Assembly (NCBI GenBank): GCA_039030375.1 | Contig: JBCCEH010000007.1 | Location: 42,607 to 106,606 of the forward strand | Reading direction: 5' to 3' | Length of the DNA: 64,000 nt | Source of the DNA: Pseudomonadota bacterium | GTDB taxonomy: Bacteria; Pseudomonadota; Gammaproteobacteria; Steroidobacterales; Woeseiaceae | Notes under the pieces: generated by a model | Told to the model about the DNA's origin: nothing | Seen by the model: only the letters and a program-made list of their open reading frames with translations | The model's database searches: none | In this document: one piece after another, positions 1 to 10,414 of the stretch | Layout: the number at the start of each line of letters is the position of its first letter | Position numbering within the stretch: the first letter of the stretch is position 1 | Made by a program: the position numbers and the translations under genes

Positions 1-4
1 ACCG

Positions 5-1330
5 TTGAGCTGGTACGCCGGCTTGTCATACTACGAAGAAGACATCGATACGGTGTTTACCGGACAACAAGCCGAAGACGCTTACTGTCTCGGCTACTTC
101 TACAACACCTGTCAGGACTTGTTCGACTATTACAACTACCTGGATACGTACAACGGTAATACGTATTACTGTGACTACATCCTCAGCTATTACTTCCAGG
201 ACTGCACGTTTACGCCGTCAGCGGACGGGCTAATCAATGACAGCAACCAGATCAAAGGACGCTATAAAGGCTACTCGGCATACGTTGATCTCAGTTACCA
301 GGTCAGCGATACGTTCGACTTCAGCGTCGGTGTGCGATACAGCTACGATGAGAAGTTCTTTTCGCAGGAAGTATTGAGCGACCCGGGCGCGTCGCAACTT
401 GCCTACAAGGTTCAAACCGGCTTTTCCACGCCAGGCGGCGCACTGACCGACAAGCAGGACTGGAACGACACCACCTATCGTTTGGTGGGTAACTGGCGAC
501 CCAATGATTCGACATTGATATTCGGCAGTGTCACCACCGGCTACAAACCCGGCGGCTTTGGCAGCTTTAATATCGAATCGCGTGTCGGACCCAACTGTGA
601 ACTGCCGTTCGGTTTGTGCGTCGGACTACCGGCCACCGATCGACCGGGCGACTTCGGTCCTGAAACCGTGACATCGTACGAAGTCGGTTACAAAGGCACC
701 GTGGCCGACGGCCGTACACAAGTGGGTATCAACGCGTTTATCTACGAATACGAAGATCTGCAGGCAATTTTCGGCGAGGGTCCACGAACCATCGTCGATA
801 ACGTCGGCAAGGTAGATGGCCGCGGCATTGAATTCGAAGCCATCACGGCACTGACCGACAACGTGGAATTGCACGTCGGCGGTTCATGGTTTGATTCGGA
901 GGCACGCAATGTTCAGGCTTTCTGTGGTGAAGGTGAAATTCTCACCGGCGACCCGGATGCCTGCGAAGGGAATTCTATTCCATGGGCGCCGGAATACACC
1001 GCGTTCGCTGTGCTTAGCGCAACGTTCCCGCGCGGCGACGGCGAGTTTTTTGGCAATCTCGCCTGGAGTTGGGAAGATGACTATCGCGGCGACTGGCCGA
1101 ATCCGAACGTCGCGTTCCAACGCTTAGAGGCTCTCAACCAAACCGATCTGGTGGTTGGCTATCAAGCTGAAAATTGGACACTCAGCGGCTACGTGGAAAA
1201 CGTATTCGATGAAATCTGGTATGACGGCAACTATGCCGATACAGCAGACCCGATTTCGATATACGTGCAGCACGCCTTCGGGCCGTCACGTCCGCGTACC
1301 GCTGGTATGCGATTCGTCTACGAATTCTGA
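5..1330 (+). CDS. TonB-dependent outer-membrane receptor, C-terminal beta-barrel portion (N-terminus lies upstream of the window)
   Basis: ORF is open to the window edge. Tyr/Gly/Asp-rich barrel-type sequence ends in the typical terminal aromatic (..MRFVYEF*). Confidence 0.8.
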   Translation: MSWYAGLSYYEEDIDTVFTGQQAEDAYCLGYFYNTCQDLFDYYNYLDTYNGNTYYCDYILSYYFQDCTFTPSADGLINDSNQIKGRYKGYSAYVDLSYQVSDTFDFSVGVRYSYDEKFFSQEVLSDPGASQLAYKVQTGFSTPGGALTDKQDWNDTTYRLVGNWRPNDSTLIFGSVTTGYKPGGFGSFNIESRVGPNCELPFGLCVGLPATDRPGDFGPETVTSYEVGYKGTVADGRTQVGINAFIYEYEDLQAIFGEGPRTIVDNVGKVDGRGIEFEAITALTDNVELHVGGSWFDSEARNVQAFCGEGEILTGDPDACEGNSIPWAPEYTAFAVLSATFPRGDGEFFGNLAWSWEDDYRGDWPNPNVAFQRLEALNQTDLVVGYQAENWTLSGYVENVFDEIWYDGNYADTADPISIYVQHAFGPSRPRTAGMRFVYEF

Positions 1331-1353
1331 TTTTCGCCGGGTCGAGGCGGTAA

Positions 1354-1923
1354 TTACAACGCCGAGACCTTCCAGCCTGTAGCGCTCGGCTCAAAGCGGT
1401 GCACCTGACCGTTTTGAGCCATGCGCGGCCGGCCGGTTAGCGCCTCCGTGAGCGCCCAGAACACCAAGCCATGCGACGCAAATAGAATAACTTCGTCGGA
1501 GTGACGCTCCGTCCATTCCCTAACCGCGCGGCAAACGCGCGGCGAGAATTCCTGCCAGTCATCCGCATCATCCGGAAGGATATCCAGCCAGGAGTCGCCC
1601 TGCTTGAGGCCGTACTCTTCTTGTACGTCGGACAACAATCGGCCCTCAAATGCGCCGATAAAAAACTCCCGCACATCATCTTCGATATGCAGGTCCAATC
1701 CGCTAGCACGCTCGAACGGTTGCGCACTCTGCACCGCGCGCTGTGCCGGACTGGCGACAATTCGATGTACAGTTTCGTCGCGTAGCGCGTGCACCGCGTC
1801 TTCGGCCTGCTGCCAGCCGGTATCATTTAGCGGAATATCGGAACCACCCTGGAAACGACCTTCGTGGTTATAGGCGGTTTGTCCATGACGCATGAACAAA
1901 AAGGTACGACGCGGCAAATGCAT
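1354..1923 (-). CDS. histidine phosphatase (phosphoglycerate-mutase-like) family protein
   Basis: 189 aa with the N-terminal catalytic motif FMRHGQTAYN (RHGxT). Confidence 0.8.
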   Translation of the reverse strand: MHLPRRTFLFMRHGQTAYNHEGRFQGGSDIPLNDTGWQQAEDAVHALRDETVHRIVASPAQRAVQSAQPFERASGLDLHIEDDVREFFIGAFEGRLLSDVQEEYGLKQGDSWLDILPDDADDWQEFSPRVCRAVREWTERHSDEVILFASHGLVFWALTEALTGRPRMAQNGQVHRFEPSATGWKVSAL

Positions 1924-1941
1924 AGTGAACGAATCGTACGA

Positions 1942-3189
1942 CTATAATGCCGCGTGTTTGCCCGCTTCATGGCGACCGACCACCATGTGGTGCACCTCAT
2001 CGGGACCATCGGCAAATCGCAGCGTTCGCATCCAGGTATACATTTGCGCCAACGGCGTCCATTTCGAGAGTCCCGTTGCGCCGTGCATCTGAATCGCCTG
2101 ATCGATAATGTCGCACATTTTCTCGGGCACCATCGCTTTGACCGCACTGACGTAAACGCGCGCTTGGCGGTTACCGAGCACATCCATCGCTTTCGCCGCT
2201 TGTAATACCATCAGGCGACACGCATCAATTTCGATACGCGCCCGCGCGATCACCTCAAGATTCTTGCCGAGCTTAATGATTGGTTTGCCGAATGCCTCTC
2301 GCGTGCTGGCACGTTTGATCATCAGCTCGAGCGCCACCTCACCTTGTCCAATCGATCGCATGCAGTGATGGATTCGACCCGGCCCCAAACGCTGTTGAGA
2401 AATCTCAAAACCTCGCCCCTCACCCAAAAGAATATTGTCTTTGGGAACTCGCACGTTCGTCAGTCGAATGTGCATATGTCCGTGCGGCGCGCCATCGTCA
2501 CCAAACGTGTGCATCGGGCCGACGATCTCCACGCCGGGCGCGTCGATCGGTACGAGAATCTGCGATTGCTGGCGAAAGGTCTCCGCGTCCGGGCTGGTCT
2601 TGACCATGGTAATCATGACCTTGCAGCGCGGATCGCCGGCGCCGGAAATATAGTACTTCTCGCCATTGATGACCCACTCGTCGCCATCGAGCACCGCCGT
2701 GGTCGAAATGTTCGTGGCATCGGACGAGGCAACGTTGGGCTCGGTCATGGCATAGGCGGATCGAATCTCGCCGTTGAGCAACGGCTTCAGCCACTGTTCT
2801 TTTTGCGCCGGAGTCCCGACGCGCTCCAGCACTTCCATGTTGCCGGTATCCGGAGCACTGCAATTCAGTGTTTCCGACGCTAACGGATTGCGGCCCAGCT
2901 CGGCGGCAATGTAGGCGTAATCAAGATTTGAGAGTCCCTCACCCGACTCGGCATCCGGCAAGAAAAAATTCCATAGCCCAGCCTCGCGCGCTCTTTGTTT
3001 AGCGCCTTCCATCAGTTCCGTCTGGCGCTCGGTGTGACTCCAAGGGTCATCCTTGGACTCATTTTCCGTAAAATATTCGTCGGTAATCGGATCGACGTGG
3101 TCGGCAATATGCTGCTTGACCGCCTCCAGCAACGGCCTCGCCTTTGCCGATAAGGTCAAATCGAATAATTCGGGGTGAAGGTCATTCAT
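1942..3189 (-). CDS. acyl-CoA dehydrogenase family protein
   Basis: 415 aa. ACAD-type sequence (..YAMTEPNVASSDATNI.., C-terminal ..LRFADGPDEVH..). Confidence 0.9.
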   Translation of the reverse strand: MNDLHPELFDLTLSAKARPLLEAVKQHIADHVDPITDEYFTENESKDDPWSHTERQTELMEGAKQRAREAGLWNFFLPDAESGEGLSNLDYAYIAAELGRNPLASETLNCSAPDTGNMEVLERVGTPAQKEQWLKPLLNGEIRSAYAMTEPNVASSDATNISTTAVLDGDEWVINGEKYYISGAGDPRCKVMITMVKTSPDAETFRQQSQILVPIDAPGVEIVGPMHTFGDDGAPHGHMHIRLTNVRVPKDNILLGEGRGFEISQQRLGPGRIHHCMRSIGQGEVALELMIKRASTREAFGKPIIKLGKNLEVIARARIEIDACRLMVLQAAKAMDVLGNRQARVYVSAVKAMVPEKMCDIIDQAIQMHGATGLSKWTPLAQMYTWMRTLRFADGPDEVHHMVVGRHEAGKHAAL

Positions 3190-3326
3190 TGAGATTCTCC
3201 TCAGCGGCCTTGATCATATAGTGTCTGCGGAAAATTCCCACAGCTTATGAATGGCGAAGTCACTTTGCGGCGCCACTAGCGTAGAATCCGGTGCTCACCC
3301 CTCACCAACCGAGAACAAGAAGAATG

Positions 3327-4091
3327 AGTGATCTGTTCGATCTCAGTGGCCGAGTGGCGGTTGTCACCGGCGGCTCTCGCGGCATCGGCAAGATGATTGC
3401 CGAAGAATTCGTTAAACGTGGTGTTCGTACCTACATCACGGCGCGTAGTGCGGACGCCTGCAATGCCACCGCGCAGGAATTGTCGGCGCACGGCGCGTGC
3501 ATCGCGGTGCCGCAGGATCTGTCGACGATGGATGGCGTCGAGCAGTTCGCCGCCGCGATCAGCGCCGAGGAATCGAGGCTGGACATTCTAATTAATAACG
3601 CCGGTGCGGCGTGGGGCGAAGACTTTGACGACTTCCAGGAAGTTGGCTGGGATAAGGTCATGAACCTAAATCTTAAGTCACTGTTCTTTTTGACGCAGAA
3701 ACTCATGCCGCTATTGCGTGCATCTGCGAGCGCAGAGCAGCCCGCCAAGGTGGTCAATATTGCCTCGATCGATGGCATCCGGAATCCAGATCTCGAAACG
3801 TACTCGTATGTCGCCAGCAAAGCTGGCCTGATTCATCTGACGCGGCGGCTCGCGAAGCGACTGGTCAAAGAACATGTTCACGTTAACGCGATTGCGCCGG
3901 GCGCCTTCGCCAGCGACATGAATACCTGGGCCCGCGACAATCCCGATATGGTGTCGGAGATGGTGCCGTCCGGAAGAATTGGTGCAGCAGCGGACATGGC
4001 TGGGACCGCCGTGTATATGTGCTCACGGGCGGGCAACTATTTGGTTGGGATCACGATCCCAGTAGACGGCGGCGTCGCGCTCGCTACGTAA
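3327..4091 (+). CDS. SDR-family oxidoreductase
   Basis: VTGGSRGIG Rossmann motif and YxxxK (YVASKAG). ATG at 3327 preferred over the in-frame GTG at 3291. Confidence 0.85.
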   Translation, partial: SDLFDLSGRVAVVTGGSRGIGKMIAEEFVKRGVRTYITARSADACNATAQELSAHGACIAVPQDLSTMDGVEQFAAAISAEESRLDILINNAGAAWGEDFDDFQEVGWDKVMNLNLKSLFFLTQKLMPLLRASASAEQPAKVVNIASIDGIRNPDLETYSYVASKAGLIHLTRRLAKRLVKEHVHVNAIAPGAFASDMNTWARDNPDMVSEMVPSGRIGAAADMAGTAVYMCSRAGNYLVGITIPVDGGVALAT

Positions 4092-4110
4092 ATTTATCGG
4101 AGATAACTAC

Positions 4111-6207
4111 ATGCAGGGCTCAATTGAGAAACGCGGTTCGGTCGGTGTCGTTTGGATCGACAACCCGCCGGTCAATGCCATCTCGCACGACGTGCGGCAA
4201 GGGCTCGTCAACGCCATCAATACGGCAGCAGCAGACGACGATATTGAGGCCTTGGTCCTCGCCTGCCGCGGACGCACCTTTATGGCCGGTGCCGACATCG
4301 CCGAATTTGCGGCAGGAATGAAAGACCCATTGCTACCGGAAGTGAATTCAACCATTGCTGCCAGTCCGAAGCTGGTGGTTGCCGCCATGTTCGGCACCAC
4401 GTTTGGTGGCGGATTCGAGGTGGCGCTGGCGTGCAATTACCGAATCTCGGCTGCCGCCGGCAAAGTGGGGTTGCCCGAAGTGAAGCTCGGCATTCTGCCG
4501 GGTGCACACGGCACGCAGCGACTAACCCGCGTCGCCGGTGTCGAATTTGCCCTTAAGCTCATGACATCTGGCAATCCTGCATCGGCGAAGGACGCGCTCG
4601 CTGCCGGAGCGATCGATCGGCTAACGGACGGCGACGTGGTTGACGACGCAGTGGCCTATGCCAATGAATTGCTTGCTGACAATGCGCCGCTACGGCGCAC
4701 CCAGGAAATAACGCCGGTTAAAGACGGCTTTGATGACGAATACTTCGCCGGCTTTCGTAAGTCGATTGCGCGCAAGACGCGCGGGATGCGCGCGCCGGAA
4801 CGCATCATTCGATGCGTTGAAGCGGCTCTCGAGAAGCCGTTCGACGAAGGTGTTCAATTTGAACGCGAAATGTTCATGGAATGCGCCAACGATTCGCAGG
4901 CGAAAGCCCTGCAGCACGTGTTCTTTGCCGAACGCCAGACCAGCAAAGTCCCCGGCGTCGGCAAGGACGTCGCGCTCAAGCCGATCGAGTCGGTCGGTAT
5001 CATCGGCGCTGGCACGATGGGTGGCGGCATTTCGATGAATTTTGCCAACGCCGGTATCCCGGTAAAAATCCTCGAGATGAATGACGACGCCCTGCAAAAA
5101 GGGCTCGGTATTATCCGCAAGAACTATGAGGCAACTGCACGTAAAGGCCGCATGACTGAGGAGCAAGTTGAGCAGTGCATGGCACTGCTCAATGGAACGA
5201 CCCACTACAGTGACTTAGCAGATGTCGATCTCGTTATCGAAGCGGTATTTGAGAACATGGAAGTTAAGAAGACCGTGTTCTCAACGCTCAACGAGACCGT
5301 ATCGAAAGATACGGTTTTGGCAACCAACACGTCTTACCTAGACATTAACGAGATTGCGTCGGTGGTCGATCACCCGGAACGCGTTCTTGGCATGCACTTC
5401 TTCTCGCCGGCGAATGTAATGAAGCTATTGGAAATCATCCGAGCAGAGAAAACCGCCCCAGAAGTGCTGGCAACGGTTCTAAAACTTTCCAAGACCATCC
5501 GCAAAGTCGGCGCGGTTGCCGGTGTCTGTTTCGGCTTTATCGGCAACCGAATGCTATCGGGCTACGCGCGTGAAGCGCAGCTGTTGGTATTGGAAGGCGC
5601 CAAACCTGAACATGTTGACCGCGTACTGTTTGATTTCGGCATGCCCATGGGTGTTTTAGCCATGGGCGACCTGGCCGGTATCGATATCGGCTATCGTCTG
5701 CGCGAGCAACTCGATGAAAGCCAGTATGACAAACGCGCCGTTTACGTGTCGGACAAGCTGGTCGAGATGGGTCGCTTAGGGCAAAAGACCGGCGCTGGCA
5801 CCTACGATTACGAGCCGGGAAATCGTAATCCGATCCCATCGCCAATTACCGAGAAGCTGATTGCTGAGGCGGCCGAGGAATTTGGCATTCAACAACGAAA
5901 AATTAGCGACGAAGAGATCATCGAACGATGCTTCTACTCGTTATTCAATACCGGCTGCAATGTATTGGACGAAGGCATGGCGTATCGATCGTCGGATATC
6001 GACATCGTGTATATCTATGGATATGGATTCCCGGCGTGGCGCGGCGGCCCGATGCACTGGGCCGAGCATGGCGTAGGGCTCGACAAAGTCCTCGATAAGA
6101 TTAAGGAGTTTGGCGAAGTCCATGGCGAACGCTGGTGGAAACCCTCGCCGCTGCTCGAACGACTGGTCGCTGACAGCGGTAGTTTGAGCGATATACAGAA
6201 TCGCTAG
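4111..6207 (+). CDS. multifunctional enoyl-CoA hydratase / 3-hydroxyacyl-CoA dehydrogenase (FadB/FadJ-like)
   Basis: 698 aa. N-terminal crotonase-like region, central NAD site IIGAGTMGGGI, GGAGA RBS upstream. Confidence 0.9.
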   Translation: MQGSIEKRGSVGVVWIDNPPVNAISHDVRQGLVNAINTAAADDDIEALVLACRGRTFMAGADIAEFAAGMKDPLLPEVNSTIAASPKLVVAAMFGTTFGGGFEVALACNYRISAAAGKVGLPEVKLGILPGAHGTQRLTRVAGVEFALKLMTSGNPASAKDALAAGAIDRLTDGDVVDDAVAYANELLADNAPLRRTQEITPVKDGFDDEYFAGFRKSIARKTRGMRAPERIIRCVEAALEKPFDEGVQFEREMFMECANDSQAKALQHVFFAERQTSKVPGVGKDVALKPIESVGIIGAGTMGGGISMNFANAGIPVKILEMNDDALQKGLGIIRKNYEATARKGRMTEEQVEQCMALLNGTTHYSDLADVDLVIEAVFENMEVKKTVFSTLNETVSKDTVLATNTSYLDINEIASVVDHPERVLGMHFFSPANVMKLLEIIRAEKTAPEVLATVLKLSKTIRKVGAVAGVCFGFIGNRMLSGYAREAQLLVLEGAKPEHVDRVLFDFGMPMGVLAMGDLAGIDIGYRLREQLDESQYDKRAVYVSDKLVEMGRLGQKTGAGTYDYEPGNRNPIPSPITEKLIAEAAEEFGIQQRKISDEEIIERCFYSLFNTGCNVLDEGMAYRSSDIDIVYIYGYGFPAWRGGPMHWAEHGVGLDKVLDKIKEFGEVHGERWWKPSPLLERLVADSGSLSDIQNR

Positions 6208-7250
6208 GCGTCTTTGATCGCATCCCAACCCGAGCTTGCAATACTTTCAAAGAATGGCCGCTGCTGAGTCGCTGTTTGCGATGATGCGTTGCCATCAAGA
6301 CCGCGTTTGTAAACGCCTTGGATAATGGCCGCCAAACGGAACTTGCAGAAAGCAATATAGAACGGCCAGTTTTTAACGCCGTCGCGGCCGACCTGCTGGC
6401 AATAAATGTCGATCAGCTCTTCTTCCTCGGGCACACCTAAAGCGCGAATCTGTTTGCGCGATAGACCGAAGCCATGAAAGAACTGGCAGGTATAGGCCAA
6501 GTCGGCGAGCGGGTGGCCTATGGTACTGAGCTCCCAATCGAGTACCGCGGCAACACGGGGTTCGCTCGGGTGCAGCACCATATTTCGAATCGAAAAGTCG
6601 CCGTGAACGATCGATGTCGCCTCGTCAGTCGGTATGTTGTCGGGTAACCACTCGATAAGGCGATTCATCGGCGCAAACGGCTCGGTTTCGGATGCCTGAT
6701 ACTGCTTCGTCCAGCGACCGATCTGGCGCTCAAAGTAGTTGCCCGGTTTGCCGAAATCTTCCAGGCCCGCGGCGACGTAATCAACTCGATGCAATCGGCC
6801 GAGCACGGCAATGTAGTCACGGAAGATTGTATTGACTTCGTCGGCGGGTAGGCCGGTTTCTAACGGTTGCTTGGCGACGCGTCCGTCGACCCACTCCATA
6901 ACAAAAAATGGCGTTCCGATTACACCGTCGTCTTCACACAGAAAGTTCATTCGAGGAACCGGAACGTCGGTCGCCTGCAAGGCGTTCATTACTCGAAATT
7001 CTCGTTCAACGGCATGGGCGGACTTCAGTAACTTGCCGGGTGGTTTCTTGCGTAGCACCCAACGCGTTCCTTGAGACTCTAATAAATAGGTGGGGTTCGA
7101 CTGTCCACCCTCATACTGCCGGATTTGTAAATCGCCTTGAAAACCTTGCAGATGCTCGGCCAAGTACTCTTCAAGTCGCGCCTTATCCAGGACATGCTCA
7201 GCACGAACATCGGTAAGCTGTGGATCGGTGTCCAAATTCTTATTCCCCAT
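6204..7250 (-). CDS. phosphotransferase (aminoglycoside/choline-kinase-like) family protein
   Basis: 348 aa. Kinase-like HGDFSIRN and DWE motifs. Convergent with the FadB-like gene; the 3' ends overlap by 4 nt. Confidence 0.75.
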   Translation of the reverse strand: MGNKNLDTDPQLTDVRAEHVLDKARLEEYLAEHLQGFQGDLQIRQYEGGQSNPTYLLESQGTRWVLRKKPPGKLLKSAHAVEREFRVMNALQATDVPVPRMNFLCEDDGVIGTPFFVMEWVDGRVAKQPLETGLPADEVNTIFRDYIAVLGRLHRVDYVAAGLEDFGKPGNYFERQIGRWTKQYQASETEPFAPMNRLIEWLPDNIPTDEATSIVHGDFSIRNMVLHPSEPRVAAVLDWELSTIGHPLADLAYTCQFFHGFGLSRKQIRALGVPEEEELIDIYCQQVGRDGVKNWPFYIAFCKFRLAAIIQGVYKRGLDGNASSQTATQQRPFFESIASSGWDAIKDA

Positions 7251-7275
7251 CAGTCCGAGGAGTCATCCTACACGA

Positions 7276-8148
7276 CTACCGGTATTCGAAGTATGCGTTT
7301 GAGATGACGACTTGGTCGTCGGTCACCGCATCGAAAATCACCCGACCTTCGCCGTCGTTCCAGGTACGTATTTGCAACGGCGCATCCAACAACATCGGCG
7401 CGGTGAAGCGCACCTGAATCTTCTTGAAACGGCTCGCCTCGCCGTCGCCCAATTCACCGAGCAATCGGTACGCGCAATGACCAAAGGTACAAAGTCCGTG
7501 AAGAATCGGCTGGTCAAATCCACCGAAACGCGCTGCATCCGGATCAATGTGTAACGGATTGTAATCACCGGACAACCGATACACGTGTGCTTGGTTTGCC
7601 GCGATTCGAGTGTCAATCCGATTGTCGGGAGGCCGTTGCGGCATTTCGATTGGGTTTGAGTAGACCTTCCCAGCCCCTTCGAACGGCTCTATGTCACCTA
7701 ACGTCTTTATGCCGCGCATAAAAGCACCGGTTACCATGCGTAGATAGATGTCACCATCAGCATCGACGACCTGGCTTTCGCACTCAATGAATGCATTTCC
7801 CTTACCTTTGGGATGCACGCTGAGCAGTCGCGATCGCACCTGCACAGTGCCTTCAGTAGGTAGCGGTCGAATGACCTCCAGATAACGCTCCGCATCGATA
7901 CTCAACGGGCCAGGTGTGAACGGAATTAGCTCGGGATCGACGTCCAGGCCTTCGAACCCCCATCGAATTGGGAACGTCGGAAACACGGCGAAATCGGCGT
8001 GACCTTCATACACGAAACGCAGATCGTCGATTCCGATTCCAACCGCATACAACAGAACGTCACGTACATCGTAGGTCTTAGGAAGATGCGTTCCCCACGG
8101 TCCTGCCTCATCACCAGGCAGTGCTTTAACTGCGTTATACGTTGGCAC
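7276..8148 (-). CDS. MaoC-like (R)-specific enoyl-CoA hydratase, double hot-dog
   Basis: 290 aa. The C-terminal half has the MaoC signature (..YRLSGDYNPLHIDPDAA..). Confidence 0.8.
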   Translation of the reverse strand: MPTYNAVKALPGDEAGPWGTHLPKTYDVRDVLLYAVGIGIDDLRFVYEGHADFAVFPTFPIRWGFEGLDVDPELIPFTPGPLSIDAERYLEVIRPLPTEGTVQVRSRLLSVHPKGKGNAFIECESQVVDADGDIYLRMVTGAFMRGIKTLGDIEPFEGAGKVYSNPIEMPQRPPDNRIDTRIAANQAHVYRLSGDYNPLHIDPDAARFGGFDQPILHGLCTFGHCAYRLLGELGDGEASRFKKIQVRFTAPMLLDAPLQIRTWNDGEGRVIFDAVTDDQVVISNAYFEYR

Positions 8149-8368
8149 TTAGCCCCCTATTCTTGCGGCATCAATCGGGCAGACTAACCAATCGATGCGG
8201 GTCGTGACAGAGCTGGCTCGCGAATCGCGCCTGTCGGCCCAATCCTAGGACCACACCGCGGCCCGCCAAATGCCCGCATTAGGGCTACATAATCCCCTTG
8301 GTTCCTGTTGTAAATAAGAATGATTCGCATTACGATTCTCAGTCGTCTATTTTTTTGCCGGATTCCTA

Positions 8369-8890
8369 ATGCCAATTACGGACCACGCCAAGGCTCTGCC
8401 TTCTGACGGGCGGCAACCGCTGCTTCTGTGGCTATCTCGCTGCTACCTGAGATTTCATATTTCGGGCGAGAGCCTGCCATCAGAACTCTTCGATTTCCTA
8501 CAAAACCCTGCTCGTCGAAACGTCTATCAGGCGCTGAGTAACGTCTGGGATGTCATGTTGTCCTCGACCCACGAGGGCCTCGCCTTGCATGACCCGTTCT
8601 GTCCATGTTTGTCGACGCATGAACAGGCACTTATCATGGGGTTGGGATGCATTGAAACGCGCACTCCGCGCGGTTTCAAAGCAACCATGCTGGCGATCGT
8701 CCCGCCCACTGCGGTTCGCGTACTAGAAGTTCACATGCAGGTGCTTGCCGACGCCATAGCAATTCTGGAGTCTAACCACGATATTTTTCTTACCTCTTTA
8801 CAGGAATCTCAAAATGATCCGCATTATTTCGATTTTGGTTCTTCTATGGGCAGCGACACCGGCAAACGCGGCATGCGAGTTCGCCATTGA
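8369..8890 (+). CDS. hypothetical protein (extent doubtful)
   Basis: 173-aa ORF with no motif I recognise. Its 3' end overlaps the azurin start by 77 nt. Confidence 0.3.
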   Translation: MPITDHAKALPSDGRQPLLLWLSRCYLRFHISGESLPSELFDFLQNPARRNVYQALSNVWDVMLSSTHEGLALHDPFCPCLSTHEQALIMGLGCIETRTPRGFKATMLAIVPPTAVRVLEVHMQVLADAIAILESNHDIFLTSLQESQNDPHYFDFGSSMGSDTGKRGMRVRH

Positions 8891-9254
8891 AGGCGACGAC
8901 ATGCTCAAATTTAATGTCAGTGACATCGCTGTTGCTGGCGACTGCGAATCGGTGACGATCAACTTAACGCACACCGGCAAAACTGCGGCAAACGTAATGG
9001 GCCACAACTGGGTCCTGACGACCGACGCAGACTATCAACCTGTCGCAATCGATGGCATGGCAGCTGGCCTTGAAGGCAACTATGTTCCTGCCGACGACGC
9101 GCGTGTCATCGCCGCAACAAAAATTATTGGCGGCGGCGAATCCACCAGCGTGACGTTTTCGATTGCCGATCTTGACCCCTCCGTTTCGTACACCTTCTTT
9201 TGCTCGTTCCCAGGACATTGGGGCGTGATGAAGGGTACGTTTCGTATTACCTAA
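8814..9254 (+). CDS. azu: azurin (type-1 blue copper protein) precursor
   Basis: Signal peptide ..ATPANA/AC. Copper-ligand regions MGHNWVL and FFCSFPGHWGVMKG (Cys-His-Met). Confidence 0.9.
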   Translation: MIRIISILVLLWAATPANAACEFAIEGDDMLKFNVSDIAVAGDCESVTINLTHTGKTAANVMGHNWVLTTDADYQPVAIDGMAAGLEGNYVPADDARVIAATKIIGGGESTSVTFSIADLDPSVSYTFFCSFPGHWGVMKGTFRIT

Positions 9255-9275
9255 TCACTCAATACAGCGTTCGAC

Positions 9276-9530
9276 GTGGAATCAAGAGCGTCCGCGTGGC
9301 GCATGAGTTGGATCATTACGATATGCGTGCTGGCGCTGGTCGCCAGCGCGCATTCGTTTGCTGCCGATAAAGATCAGCATTCGGCAAGCGCAAGAGCATT
9401 GCATCCCGGCGGCAGCACTCATACTTTCGTAATTGGCGAACCCGAGGCGGCACCGTCAAGATATCACTATCGTCTCTTGAATCCGTGTAACGCGACGCGC
9501 TACTGCGATGCGTTCGATCACGATGAGTAG
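9276..9530 (+). CDS. hypothetical small secreted protein
   Basis: 84-aa ORF with a signal-peptide-like WIITICVLALVASAHSFA. No other support. Confidence 0.3.
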   Translation: MESRASAWRMSWIITICVLALVASAHSFAADKDQHSASARALHPGGSTHTFVIGEPEAAPSRYHYRLLNPCNATRYCDAFDHDE

Positions 9531-10368
9531 CGCCGGTGAACAGGTGGTGCTCGATGGCGTTCCAAAGACGATGCTGTGGCCATTGTGGAACAGAGCCGCG
9601 GAGCAATCCGCGCCAACGCCGCTCATTGCGGACCCGCTAGCCGCACAGCTGGTCGATAACCTCGATTTTGATTTTGAGGGCACGTTTGGGCGACCGAATG
9701 TGATGCATTCCATTCGCGCGCGCTATTGCGACGACCTGGTTAATCAATACATTGACGAATGTGACGACGAGCCCATTGTTGTCTCTTTGGGTGATGGCTT
9801 GGATACGCAGCAATGGCGCATCAGCGATAGGCAAACGCGCTGGGTCAGCGTCGATGTGCCGGAGGCGATTGAGGTACGAAAACGGTTACTGCCAGGTCAC
9901 GAAAACTCTGAATTCATCCCCTGTTCGGCGCTGGACACAACCTGGTGTACGACCTTGCCACGAGGAAGCGCGCCCTTTGTGAACGCATCCGGCCTGCTCA
10001 TGTATTTCGATGAAATGGATGTACGACGCTTACTGGCGATGGTCGCTGACTACTTCCCTAAAGCGCGAATTTTTTTCGACACGATTCCGCCGTTCTTTTC
10101 GAAAAAGACACAACAGGGCTTGGCCGTAACGCCCGACTACACGGCGCCGCCAATGCCATGGGGTATTTCGGTGGACGACGTCGCAACGTTTCTCGATGCG
10201 ATACCGGGTATCAAGTCGGACACGGTATTAACTTACGCGGATCCGTATCCCAGTCGATTACGTCTTTACCACTGGCTTTCAAGGATCGGGCCGATCCGCC
10301 GACGGCTGGCTGGCGGTCTTGTAGTCGCGAAAGCCGTGCGCAAAACGGCACACGGCTACGTCAATTGA
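9508..10368 (+). CDS. class I SAM-dependent O-methyltransferase (leucine-carboxyl/TcmP-like)
   Basis: 286 aa. SAM-binding-type VVSLGDGLDT motif. Start could be the internal Met at 9523. Confidence 0.65.
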   Translation: MRSITMSSAGEQVVLDGVPKTMLWPLWNRAAEQSAPTPLIADPLAAQLVDNLDFDFEGTFGRPNVMHSIRARYCDDLVNQYIDECDDEPIVVSLGDGLDTQQWRISDRQTRWVSVDVPEAIEVRKRLLPGHENSEFIPCSALDTTWCTTLPRGSAPFVNASGLLMYFDEMDVRRLLAMVADYFPKARIFFDTIPPFFSKKTQQGLAVTPDYTAPPMPWGISVDDVATFLDAIPGIKSDTVLTYADPYPSRLRLYHWLSRIGPIRRRLAGGLVVAKAVRKTAHGYVN

Positions 10369-10414
10369 TTTAAGTAACGCTTTTAAGAAGCACATCCAAA
10401 GAAGGAAACAAGAA